A DNA stretch of 64,000 bases from Lepidodermella squamata (Eukaryota > Animalia > Gastrotricha). Numbering within the stretch: position 1 is the stretch's first letter; each line of letters opens with the position of its first letter. Of this stretch, positions 52,139 through 64,000 are shown piece by piece. The position numbers were made by a program, and so were the translations under genes. The stretch spans positions 1,364,001 through 1,428,000 of the forward strand of contig JBLDXI010000020.1 in the NCBI GenBank assembly GCA_047495785.1. Reading direction: 5' to 3'. Below the pieces are notes generated by a model. That model did no database searches. It was given only the letters and a program-made list of their open reading frames with translations, and was not told the DNA's origin.

Positions 52139-55100
52139 TTAGGTACGATTGGAGCGTGAAATGATTGAAGAAGTAGCGCGACCAGCTGTTTCAGCTAGAC
52201 CAGATCCAGTCGAGAAAGCTGCAGTTGACGATCGAGTCTGAACGCCATTAAGACGTTTCGATTCACCTTCAGTGTTGGGCGACACAGTTGAATGCCGACG
52301 GTTGAATGTGATGGGGCTGATGTCCAACATTTGCTCGGGGGCGAGTGCTCCGAAGAATTCATGCTTCAATGCCTCATCCAGGGTAATACGCTGATCTGGT
52401 TCGTATTCCAACATTCGCTCGATAAGGTCGAATAGCAAACGATGGCCATCAGCATCACATTGCTGATACCTCTGCAAAAATTAGATTACGAATGAATTGA
52501 TGAGCAAAATAAGTTAGATAGTATCAAGCAACAGCAAGCAAAAATTATAAAGCAAACATACTCGTAGGGGTTTGCACTGGGCACGGACATGTCTACCAGC
52601 GTCATTTTCGGGGTCCCAATTCAAACGGCCTTGGGAAAAGTATTTCCGTTTTCTGTAAGTTAGTAAGCGAAAACCACACGTTAATAAAAAACCCATGCGT
52701 TAGCATTAAAATGGAACAAAATAAATTTTATGTCACATCACTTCAAATCCCAAGCAATAACTTCGCTTGGCTTACATGAAGCGGTTGGCAGAAGTCATGG
52801 ACGTAGAGCCCCTCTGAAGATAGGGAGTCCCAGACAAGACGTCCACGGCTAATACACTCAACCCTGATTTTTTTCAGGTGTGATTTATTAATTTAATTCG
52901 GCTTCAGGAATCTGATTCTGCAAACTTACTTGGACCGCCGAGCCATTCGATAGGGTAAAGTTCCAAGAATTCTTTCCATCATTGCCAAATGTTCTCGATT
53001 GTCGTGTGTCTAATAGGTATGAAAAAATGTAAAATTCATCAAATGGAGTAGAGTAAGCGTGCTCACTTGAAACAAGGTGAATCCGGTATAAAGTTCGAAC
53101 AAAATACAACCAATAGACCAAACATCACAAGCTTGCGCCCAACCCAGTTCGAGAATTACTTCAGGAGCACGGTAATGACGCGTTGAAACTACTGTGCTAT
53201 GATGTTCCCAATCGAAAGTAGCTGAGCCAAAGTCAATTAGACGGACAGATGAATTGAGCATTCTTCGATAATCGCGCTTCTGCAAATAGAGTTGGAATTG
53301 ACGCCTTGAGAAACCCTGATCTTACCTTCTTCGCATCATAAACATTTTCATACTCGGTGTTGAGAAATAAAATATTTTCTGGTTTCAGGTCGGTGTGGGT
53401 CAGTTCAATTGCATGAAGAACTGCAAATAACAAAGCATCGAATCAAATAAAAAAGAGATAAGAAAAATGAAAACTCACAGCGGACAGAATAGCAAAGCTG
53501 ATATCCAATGTGACGAACTTGATCAAGAGCGTATGGGTGGTAGTTGTTATCTTTCAAAAAATCAAAGACGCTAGGCCCAAGAATTTCGAAAGAAATGCAA
53601 ATGTGGCCATGGAAATTGCACCAGTCTAGCATTTCGACACATAAGCTAAAAATCAGGGAATTAATTGAAAATCTGTAAGTTTTCAACTTCCAACTAACTA
53701 TTTATTAGCCGTATCTTTCGCCTTGATTTTCTCCAAGACATTGATTTCCAACTTTGCTGCTTCGCGATATTTGTCGACGTTCTTGATAATTTTGAGGGCT
53801 ATTTTCTGACCAGATCTAATAGATAGGGGTAATTATTTTCAACACGGGAAGCTCGGGTAATGCAATATATACCTCAGCTTGTCCTTGCATTCGGCAACTC
53901 TGCCGAAAGTACCTTCGCCCAGGGTAGAAACGACTTCATCTGGAAAAGGAAATAGCAACACGTTAGATCATCAGAAATAGAATCAATGTAAATGGAAAAT
54001 TCTGAGTCACATATCGTAATAATCATCTCCGTCTCCGAAAAAAGAAAGAAATTTCTATATACATCTGCCATTAATGACGTCGCCATCCTGAAATTCCAGG
54101 TGTCCATCAGCGTCGTCTTTTATCGGGCCTGCCGAGGAAGAAGACGCAGCTGTTGATTCTGGCACGACTGCCGTCGATGAGGAGGGCTGTGTGGTAACCG
54201 GAGCATGAACGGCGGTAGATTTTTGCGTCTGCTGGTTGCTACTGGACGTCACTTTTTCATCGTGGGAAGACGTGCGACGTTTATGACGCCGGTTATTACT
54301 GGTGTTTTTATGTCGATGGTGGCCAGAGGCGGTCGAAGAGGAACGCGACGATGTGCTTTCGGCTGTGTGCGCCGATTCAGATCTTGATTGACGATGGCGG
54401 GCCGGTGAGGAGGTTGATGAAAGACCACTAGCAGACTGTTTTAGAACGGCCCAGGTTACATACATATACAGACAATAACACACACCCAATCAAACGCCGA
54501 AAAATTCATTAAGGGAAAAGGAGAATTACGCTGACTAGGATTAACCATAAAACTAGTATTTTGGCGAACTGAAATATATCCCAATACCCTATTGGTCATG
54601 TTAAGCAGGATTGCGCGAGAGGAAACTCCAGTCACCTGCATCTCGACAAGGTATAACAAAGATTTGTTCCCCTTTTATATGGTGAAAAAATAGAAGAAAA
54701 TGGAAGAAATACCGGCCCCTGAAAAAATTACTGCTATTTTTTAATCGAAATAAAATTCTCCTTCCAATTAACATTATTCGGAGTTTCCTCACGCGAAAAA
54801 TCCTTACTCTCGGCCCAAATATCTGCCTACGAAACCTTTGTTGCGACTTGTTAGGGTTGGCTTGTTAAGGTTGGCAATTAAAAAAAACGAACATTTTGGG
54901 GTTGGCAATCGCGGCTCCTTAAATTGGCTTCACGCGGTGGGGAACGGGAAATTCCGGTACTTGCTTGATGCGCATCACCGTTGGTCGTCGGGGCGAGACT
55001 AGTACCTGCGGTGAGCGTCGACGAGGGGCTACTGCCCCCTCCATTCTCAACAGGTACGTTCACAGCTGTCGTTGAAGATGAGCTTTTATTTGCTGCGCTA

Positions 55101-58100
55101 TCATGGCTAGCATTATTACCCGACCGGTACGAATAATCGATACCGTAGTTAGTCGATGAACTCGGTGTAGACGTATAGCTTTTACCGACACCGGAAGAAG
55201 TAACCGTTGGAGTTGTTGGACTAGTATCACTTTTCTTCGTTGACGGGCTTTTTCGAGCTTTATACGATGATGACGGGGATGAGTGATTCGACGGGTTTAA
55301 ATACGATAGCGATGAAGAAGAAATACTGCTTCCATTTAGCCCGCTACTATGGTGATAATCATGATTGCTGAGGTGACTAGTGTAAGGGTGGTGGTAATCG
55401 TGTATTCGAGACGTTTTCGATGAACCACCATATAAACTGGAATTGCCCAGCTGGTCATACGAGTGATGATGATCGCCGCTGCTCGAGTACAGCGAACTTG
55501 GGTGGTGGTTATTGTTACTATCTTTTGACATTAAATGGCTCGATTTAGTACGACCAGAATTGAAAGAAGCCGACGGCCGGACGCCGTGATGAGCGTGAAT
55601 GGCCGGCGAGGTGGTCGAGTGGTTTGATAGTGGCAACGACGTGACAGTGTCGGTGCAACGACACAACGCCGAGGTTGGGAGAGTCGACACTGATGTCGAT
55701 GGCAAGTAATGATGGCGGGCCGATAAAATTGGCTGGGACGATAAATGCGACGCGGAAGACTGCGATTCTAGATAGTGATGGTCGTTTAACGCCGATGAGT
55801 AGTGATGCGAAGATAATGCAGGTGCGGAGCTAAGCGTGGGAGCGAGATGAGATCTCGAAGAGGTCGACGAGGCTGCACTCGTGGAAGTACCCGAATTACG
55901 GCGCGTTGTAGATGAGGATGAATCAGAGCCCGTTAAATAGCGAGACAAATCGTTAAGGTGAAAGCATCTCCCATTCGTCATGATAAAAGTAATCCAAGCT
56001 AGCACGAAGAGTGCGCGAAATGCATAAAAAAATCAACACAGCGCTGGTTCAACAAGGGCGGCAACAAATGAAAAAGTACAAGGGAGCGGCTTTTCAACGA
56101 ATCCCTGCGAGAACACGTAGCAGCGCCAACGCAGCGCCAGGGCTTTGCTACAAAAACTAGACAACAACCGTCAGTGGGTTATTTTGGTGTAGGTACGCGA
56201 TGCATCAGACGGGGGAAATCGAATACTTCGCAAGGTTTGTGTACGCGAGACGCTTAGCGGGCGTACACAACCAGAATGATGCGCCTTAAAAATGAAAATA
56301 ATAATAATAATAATACTAGTCATAAAGATGGGCGCGCTACAAGCGCGCACAAATAGGTTCGGAAGGGTAATGGGTAATAACAATAATAAGCGCATACGCG
56401 AGCGATATGTCTTGGTCGGAACGAAAGATATATCATGGAAATGGATTCGAAGCGCGTGCGAAGGGCAACAGAACACTGACGTTTCGAGCGCGCTTGCCAG
56501 CAACATCGCTACCACCAGGCCGGCCCCAAGCGATAGACGCGTATAATTCGACCGACCTCGGCACCCACATGATCGGAAAAGCAGCGCAAGCAGCCGCATC
56601 GCAGGAGGCGCGTTCTTAATCGCATGCCTAAACCATGTTATAGAAAACCTGGCTTTCTAGCCTGAGCGCAAACATCGCGCAAGGCTTCAGACAATACCGT
56701 TCTACGCCGGGTATTATTGGGAGTATAATATATCCATTTTGCGCTCTAGGGCCTGCGGATTGCTAGCGCGTTAGCACTATTTATTATAACGTGAAGTAGA
56801 AAATACCATACGCATCATGTCGTTGCCACAAAGCGTAAACGTGTATTATAAACATCTAACACGTATCATCCAATGGGAGGCCGAAGAGTAAAGAACGCGC
56901 AGCGGTGAGACTGGAGAGCAGTTCCTCTTCTACCGCTGCACGAGCCGAAACGTCTTCTTCTCAACCAGCTAATAGGAGAGCGTACATTGATATAGATATA
57001 TCGCTCTATATCGACGCTGGTAGTAAGCTATTCGCACCTTCTTTCGTACAGCATAAACAATCGGGTTTTACGGTTTTTAAATTATAAGAAAAAAACGCTT
57101 CCCGTGCCTGTCATAACATGAGTTACGGCAAAGATAATAAAGCATGATTTGGATTTATCCGCGGTTAGTGCCGACAAAAAGGGGGCGTTGAAAGGCTGCC
57201 AAACCGTAACAAGTCCGCTCTCTTATTTACAATGAAATACTTATATATTTGATAAGTATTAGCTACGTTCAAGTTCGCCAAAACAACGCAGTTTACGGTA
57301 AATGTACGTGAAATGCGAGCCAAAACTCACCGGTGAGGAAGCAGAGATTGAGCTGTGGTGCCTCTTACGAGCCGGGCTGCGCGAGGAGTCGGAACGGCGA
57401 TGGCGGCTACGGCTCCTCGAATGACGTCTCACCCTACGTTTTCGACGATTGTGAGACACCGGTTCGTCGTATTTCGTTGAGCGATAATCACGCTTTCGCC
57501 GGGGTGACGGAGATCGACGTCGCCTGGAATGATAATGGCGATCGTCTTCTTCGGAGTAGTCCGAGTCGTGGTGATGGCGACGAGAGCGATGATCTTGGTA
57601 ACCCCGTCTACGATGCCTTACCGATCGAGATATAGCTCTAGCGCGGGATCTTGTGCGGGATCGACTGGAAGAGTGACCACGATGCCGACTTCGACTTCTT
57701 TCCGCACTGGTTCTCGACGGCGAATCTCTTCGATGCCTCCGACGTCTTCGTTGACTTGAGCTAGACCGCCGGCGGTGATTTCGGCTATCAGATCGATCAT
57801 GCCTATATTATTAAAAAAGATGAGAATGAGTTTACACATATTGGTTAAATGCATATCTCCAATATCCACCATCTTAATTAAATCTTTAAGATCGCTATTT
57901 TTTTACCTAACAAGTCAATCAGTTTGTTCATTTCGACCCGTTTAAAGTTGTCTGAAGCTTCAAGTGACAAAAAAATATTCGGAATCTTTATATGTATCCC
58001 TGACAAAGGTTTCTTCCCGGAATGGACTTTGAATGGATTAAAAAACAATTAAATTCATGTTGTGGAAATTTCAGCGCTCCCGCTCCCGCTCAATTTCAAC

Positions 58101-59834
58101 TGAAATGAAATAAATTGAAGCATTGAATTTAAATGAAAAGGATTCTGTGTGAAGTTCCGTCAACTGGGCGGTCACTTTGACGTACTAAAATGGAGTGACT
58201 GGCATACTAAAAACCGAAAATATTGGCTGTGTCTTTTTTCATCTTGCCAAAATCTTTTTTCATCTTGCCAAACATCTTTTTCTATCTAACTAAAATTTTG
58301 TTCTGGAAAATAATTTAATCGTTAAATTATAGTGTAAATTCGCAATAAATCTTTTTTCATCTTGCCAACATGTTTATCAATATACTAAGTAAATTAAACA
58401 CATTTTTAATCGGGCAATATTCTTTCCATGGTTTCCTTTCAATCTAACTCCTCGGGAGAATACGCTCCGCAACTGCCTCGAGCGGTACCTGGCGGCCGTC
58501 CTATCCTTAGTCGATTCGAAGTTCCTAAAGAACAGGCCTAAATCAACGGATCTTGGCTTGAGGAACCGAATCGTTAGATTGATTTTCTCGATTACCCTAA
58601 GCGTACTGACCACTTGGGTGGTAGGCTATTGAAGATTTCGTTGTGAGTGGCAAGATGAAAAAAGATTTTTCGTATTTTTCATGCGAGAAAATGCTGGTTA
58701 GATGAATAAAGATGGAAATTTTCGGTTAGATAGAAAAAGATGCTTGGCAAGATGAAAAAAGATTAACCCAAAATATTAAGGTAGACCCTATGAGTGGGGT
58801 ACCGTTGGATAGAATGAATTGAATCTGAATATGACATACGATTTCTGTTTTGAGTAGGCTGCTTTGTGTAAGCAGGCCCCGAAGTTATAATGAAAAAACA
58901 ATCAACATTTTCCTATAACATTGCCTGTTATTTCATATCCCGGAATGGGTTGTATTGATGAACGTGTACATATCCAGGATGGCCTTTTCTTGGGCTATCC
59001 AAAGGTACCCCATTCACAGGGTCTTAACCTTAATATCTTCGACTTTTGTTATGCCAAAGCCACCCCATTTTGATACGTCGGAGTGACCCCTTTGAGTTAA
59101 GCCACCCCAGTTGACGCTATAAAGATTTTTTTCCAGGACATTTAATTGTTTGTTAGTACATAAATATATTAAGGTGAATATGGCGTATGTGGGTGTAACG
59201 GGGGATATCGGCCTAAAGGCTAACAATGCAAGCCCAAGACGCAGCTGATGGCCGGAATAGCGGCAATAAAAATAATCATCATTTTCTACTAAAAAATCAG
59301 GAAACTTCGACTCCGAAGCTACTTTGCATTTCAGTGCGGCCACATTGATTTGTTCTTTAGGCTTCGTTTTCAAAAGTGTTATTAAATCGCCAACCGATCG
59401 AACTCGCACCATAACTTCTCAGATTTACCACAAAGTATATTTTCAATTTCCTGAGGTGTCATTTTTATGTCTTATTGTACTGGTTGTTGGTTCCGTTGTT
59501 CTGGATTTGACAATTGTATTTAATTTTATTCAGATTTGCTTTGATTGATTTGTATCCCTTGATTTATCAAATATTAAAGGACGCTTTCAGGAAAATATAC
59601 CTCGCGGATCTGCTCCTGGTATGTCTGGAATGTTCATCTTCGGAATTAGAGTAATTGCTGGAATGAGTGGTCTTTCGGCCTTTAGATTCTGATCTTGAAC
59701 GCCTTTCGGAACTTCGTGATCGCCGCGTTGGTCTCCGGTTAGATCGATGATTGTCATCCGGGTGGTCTGACTTCGACTAACACAGCAGATGAGTTTGAAA
59801 ATGTTGATAACAATAAACGACAACTCACTATCAT
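52139..59834 (-). CDS. CLK: Dual-specificity LAMMER kinase (CLK/Doa) with alternative N-termini and mutually exclusive exons
   Basis: Kinase motifs [61 protein letters not shown]-rich 5' exons 59834-59829, 59776-59601, 57802-57331 splice in frame to 54435; an alternative Ser/His-rich first exon 55981-54893 also splices in frame to 54435. Further upstream exons are possible. Confidence 0.93.
58219..58777. mobile_element. Non-autonomous DNA-transposon-like element with ~48-bp inverted arms and a reiterated 18-mer
   Basis: 58251-58298 is approximately the reverse complement of 58716-58764; TCTTTTTTCATCTTGCCA occurs forward at 58232, 58253, 58350 and reversed at 58648, 58745. Lies in a CLK intron. 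Confidence 0.65.
58773..59036. mobile_element. MITE with ~40-bp imperfect TIRs (TTAAGG...CCTTAA ends; PIF/Harbinger-Tourist-like)
   Basis: ATATTAAGGTAGACCCTATGAGTGGGGTACCGTTGGATAG (58773-58812) versus the reverse complement of 58995-59036, ATATTAAGGTTAAGACCCTGTGAATGGGGTACCTTTGGATAG. Confidence 0.7.
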
Positions 59835-60659
59835 ATTTCCGACCCGTTCTTTGAAATAACGCCACACACGGTCCAGCTTGCAAACTAGCTAAAACATAAC
59901 TAGAAAAGACAAGATGCAAGATGCTTACATTTCAAACCATAAACAGGTTGATAAAAGACAACAAGAACCGTGAAAAATATGTCTGTTTAAGAGGCACTGT
60001 CCGATGTAGGAGCATGAAAACCCTCACATAAAGCGCCGAAATTTACGAGAAATGTTCAGACAAAACGGTCCAGAATCTCTAAATGTGAGGTAATTAGAGC
60101 TGACATTAGTCAGTGTTTTATGACAAACCACAAGGAGAGGGCTTAAGAAAAATGACATGATCGATTCAAGGTTCTAGTATTATATCATTATGATAGGCAA
60201 TTATCCGACTGATATTGAGTAAAGAACCCTGGGTAACATTGTTTTTTCACATTTCACATACTCCAAATCGATGGAGTTAAGAAAAAGGTGTCATACTGAT
60301 TGGCAATAACCAAGACTATCAAAATTAGACGTAGGAGCATTAGATGAATAAGGATCATGCTATTCGATTATGTACCTGTGCAAAAATTTATATTCATACG
60401 AAGCTAATCAGTTTTTCAAAATTACACATGTTTCAGATATTTTAGACATGTGCATTTGAGATGGCTTGGAATCACAAAATTAGGCAATAATGTCATGGAA
60501 TTTTAGGAAGGTGCTACAAATTGTGGTCTACCTGTTGGTCGAATTGCAGCCGATTACTTTTCCAAGGCCTTCATGTTTGGCACCTTAATTTGCAGGTGAA
60601 AATAAGCTCCATTTCAACTCACGAATAGGGTTTGCAATGTTTTGAGAATATCTGATGAT

Positions 60660-61239
60660 TACCGTATTTCTCGAAAATATACCGCACCTCGATAATATCC
60701 ACCACCCCTAATACAACCCTACAAAACTTTCCGTTTGATAATATACCGCACCTCAAAATACTACGCCATCTTACATCTTATTTAAAAACTCAGAGCGCGT
60801 ATCAAAAATAACAAAATCTAAATAAACACCCAATAAGTCTGCTGCTCAGTTTGGGCATAATATTTTCAGTGATAACTCAATAAAGGTAGGAAGGGCGAAG
60901 TGGGAGAGGCAGGATCCAGATCATTTTTAGTTTTAGAGACAATTCTTTTTTCATATATTTGTTCAATGTTACTGATTTCATGGCTGATAACGTGATCCGA
61001 TATATTAGTCCGTATATTACTTGAATTTACACAAAAATAAGCGTTGCTTATCCTTCTTTCATCATGATTCGGTCCAATAAAACAACAGCGCTGTTGGCAG
61101 TAGTTAGCTTTTTTCTGGGAAATTGTTGGATCATAAATATATCGCACCGCGAAAATATCCCCCACTCCGATTACAACCCTATAAAATTATTGGTTCAATC
61201 ACAAATATACCCCGGTGTATATTTTCGAGAAATACTGTA
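60660..61239. mobile_element. Tc1/mariner-pogo-type MITE with TA target duplication
   Basis: TA-CCGTATTTCTCGAAAATATAC at 60660-60682 and GTATATTTTCGAGAAATACTG-TA at 61217-61239 (1 mismatch); subterminal repeats AATATACCGCACCTC x2 and TACAACCCTA x2; no transposase ORF. Confidence 0.75.
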
Positions 61240-62825
61240 GCTATCATCAGGTAATAAATTCGACCAATCGAATAGAGAATATCGCAAACTTTTCACCTCA
61301 GCAAAAAAGATCACCAATTCATCTACGAACAGCCATTTCGTTTTAATAAATACAGTAAATACCATTTTTCGCCATGGCCATTTTATCGACAAGTATCATC
61401 CTCACGTTTTCGAGACTGCTTCAACGTTTTGGAATGGGTTCTCTATCTGAGAAACGCCATGTATAAAAACGATCCATATCGTTACTGTTGCGTCACACAT
61501 TTGGTGGTGACTTGGCGCAAATGATAGGAGTGCTTAAACAATCGAAATGTTATCCAACTTGTTTAAGGACTCTTACCATACAGTGTGTCTCATTGAATCG
61601 GAATTTAGGGTCATTCTATTGTAACCGTTAAAGTTTGATCTTCGAAATTGTAAAATACACAATGAAATATTGAAACATAGCTTGTCAGCATGTTTCTACA
61701 GCTCAGCTCAACGATATTCGTTATGCAAGAAGACTCTTTTGAAACAATTTATGCACAGGCTCGAGGCTCGAAAGGCCTACTGAAATCAGTAAAAAGAAGC
61801 CAAAGAAACTATCGAAGAAAGAAGTAGTAATCCTACAAACCTCGTATTCTCGAAGAATGGTGCTTCCAAGCCCTGCATATTTCTCATCAACCATCCAATT
61901 GTGTTCAAACTCAAATAAGAAGTACGTAGTACTAATGTTAGCTTGATACATACAGTACAGTGCATGTCAGCCGATCATCGATCATTTCCAATGTAAAGGA
62001 AAATCGTGGCTGCACATCATACAAGTCAACTGCCAGCAGATGTCAGTGGCGGCGATATAGGGTATATAAGTAATAGTGCTACCTTAGTGTCCACCGCACT
62101 CCCTCTCTACCCTTCCATTCACTCCGAATGCCATATGGACTGTGGCGCCCTAAGTTAACATAAGGGTCCTCCTTATCACATAAGTAACTTTGAAACCAGC
62201 ACAACTAGAGGCTAGAGGCATAACGCAAGTTGACCGGTGACAGGCAGTCGATTTTTTATGGCCATTAACATCCACCAACCATCAGAGCCAATCAGAGTTT
62301 GATAGAATCTTGGGTGCCAGAATCATACAGCTTAAGCATTCAGGGGCAGGTGGCAGGTTGACAAGTCTTAGGTCTTAGCAAAGAGCAAAGGTGAGAAAGC
62401 TATGAGAAAGCTGCGAAACGGATGAGAGCCGTTGGTTCTATAGCTAAGATTCAGTTAAAACCCAGTTTATTTCATCCAATAATGCCAAGGAAATGTTAAA
62501 AACAATAAAAACGATTTAAAAAAAATGGGCTGCATCCTTCACGTCTTCATAAATTCAATGCGCGCCGTTCAATCTACAGCAAACATGCGCGGTTTTCTAA
62601 GTTTTGGTCTGGTTTGAGACACTCTTTCAGGACAGTAGCTACATGTAACTCAATTCCTGATTACGTCGATTTCTTCGAAGCCAGTGAGTCTAACCTTCTG
62701 ATTATACATAATCTGGGCTTTATTTGGCTATGTTTGGCTACATAAGCCTCTGCAACTCGAAACTCGAAATTGAACAATTAGCCACCACATCCTCTTTGAC
62801 CTAGATTTTAGTACAAATTATTGAG

Positions 62826-64000
62826 ATGCTGCATCTCAAAGCTGCGCTGAATAACATCACCAAGCACGGCGCTAGGGTTAGTGTTTGATCATAAATAAGC
62901 TGATTTTCATTTCTCACCCAACACTATTGCTGCAGAATGTTGGATTCAAATCAGTGCGCTCGCTGTCAACCGATCCGCGAACACAGCATCCTCGTCTTCA
63001 CCCTCCAGCTGGCAAGCGTATCAAAGTTGGTGGTAAAGATTTTCGAGTAGTTGACCATTCGTTCGATGCGTTGGTTATTGGCGCTGGTGGCGCTGGCCTC
63101 CGGGCAGCTTTCGGTCTCGCTAGCCAAGGCTTCAACACCGCATGCGTCACAAAGCTGTTCCCGACTCGTTCGCACACCGTTGCTGCTCAAGGTGGCATCA
63201 ATGCTGCTTTGTCAAATATGGAAGAAGACAAATGGCAATATCATTTTTATGATACCGTTAAAGGTTCTGACTTTTTGGGAGATCAAGATGCCATCAGTTA
63301 TATGTGCGAGCAAGCACCAAAAACCGTTACCGAATTAGATTCTTATGGCATGCCCTTTTCTCGCATTGATTCCGGCAAAATTTACCAGCGAGCTTTCGGT
63401 GGTGCTTCTCTTAAGTTCGGCGAAGGTGGTCAAGCCCACCGATGCTGCGCCGTCGAAGATCGAACTGGCCACGCCCTCTTACACACACTGTACGGTCGCT
63501 CTTTGATGTATGGTGACAACATCAAGTATTTTATCGAATATTTTACGCTGGACCTTTTGATGGACGAAAACGGTGCATGCAAAGGAGCAATTGCTATCAA
63601 TATGGACGATGGCACTATTCATCGCTTTGCTGCTCGCCACACCGTAATTGCTACTGGTGGTTACGGTCGTACATATTTCTCATGCACATCGGCTCATACG
63701 TGTACCGGTGACGGTACTGCTATGATTTCTCGCGCTGGCTTACCGAACGAAGACTTGGAATTCATCCAATTCCACCCCACTGGTATCTATGGGGCTGGTT
63801 GTTTGATGACGGAGGGTTGCCGCGGTGAAGGTGGCTACTTGGTGAACTCCAAAGGAGAACGCTTCATGCCTCGTTATGCGCCAAAGGCCCTGGATCTGGC
63901 TTCTCGCGACGTCGTCTCCCGAGCCATCACAATTGAGATCCGCGAAGGTCGCGGCGTTGGTCCTGATAAGGATCACATGCATCTGCAGTTGCACCATCTT
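62826..64000 (+). CDS. SDHA: Succinate dehydrogenase flavoprotein subunit, mitochondrial (3' truncated by window end)
   Basis: Exons 62826-62876 and 62936->64000. [24 protein letters not shown]-attachment motif [68 protein letters not shown]. Absent from the ORF track because it has no stop in the window. Confidence 0.98.

Noticed and set aside
57618-57872. 84-aa ORF MVDIGDM... as the CLK start
   Set aside because: It would need a ~35-nt intron; the RS-rich exon at 59776-59601 provides a properly phased donor instead.

Overview
Eukaryotic (animal) DNA from a very compact genome. Genes are densely packed and most introns are about 46-63 nt GT-AG, so the ORF track shows only exon fragments; I joined exons by hand using splice signals and reading-frame phase. 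A Post2-type posterior Hox gene points to a spiralian (inference). Genes in order: ARHGAP18/28-like RhoGAP, frataxin, snurportin-1, Post2, KATNAL2, PAQR5/6-like receptor, a ~1518-aa gene joining an AT-hook plus 11 ZNF512-like zinc fingers to a TFIIIC110/GTF3C2-like WD40 domain (with an antisense gene nested in its 3.4-kb intron), PTS, SNX1/2, SRFBP1/BUD22, an Ig + 2TM orphan, a cadherin-like protein, C18orf32/UPF0729, PDIA6 plus a one-domain duplicate, basigin/neuroplastin, a CLK/Doa LAMMER kinase and SDHA (runs off the window). Four MITE-like inverted-repeat elements lie in introns or intergenic DNA. Most notable: (1) the zinc-finger/TFIIIC fusion; (2) operon-like spacing and a splice acceptor just upstream of most start codons, suggesting SL trans-splicing; (3) a duplicated, frame-incompatible (mutually exclusive) exon pair inside the CLK kinase domain; (4) a Post2 gene with no other Hox gene in the window and a dense upstream cluster of Cdx/posterior-Hox motifs. 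All family assignments come from motif recognition, not database searches.
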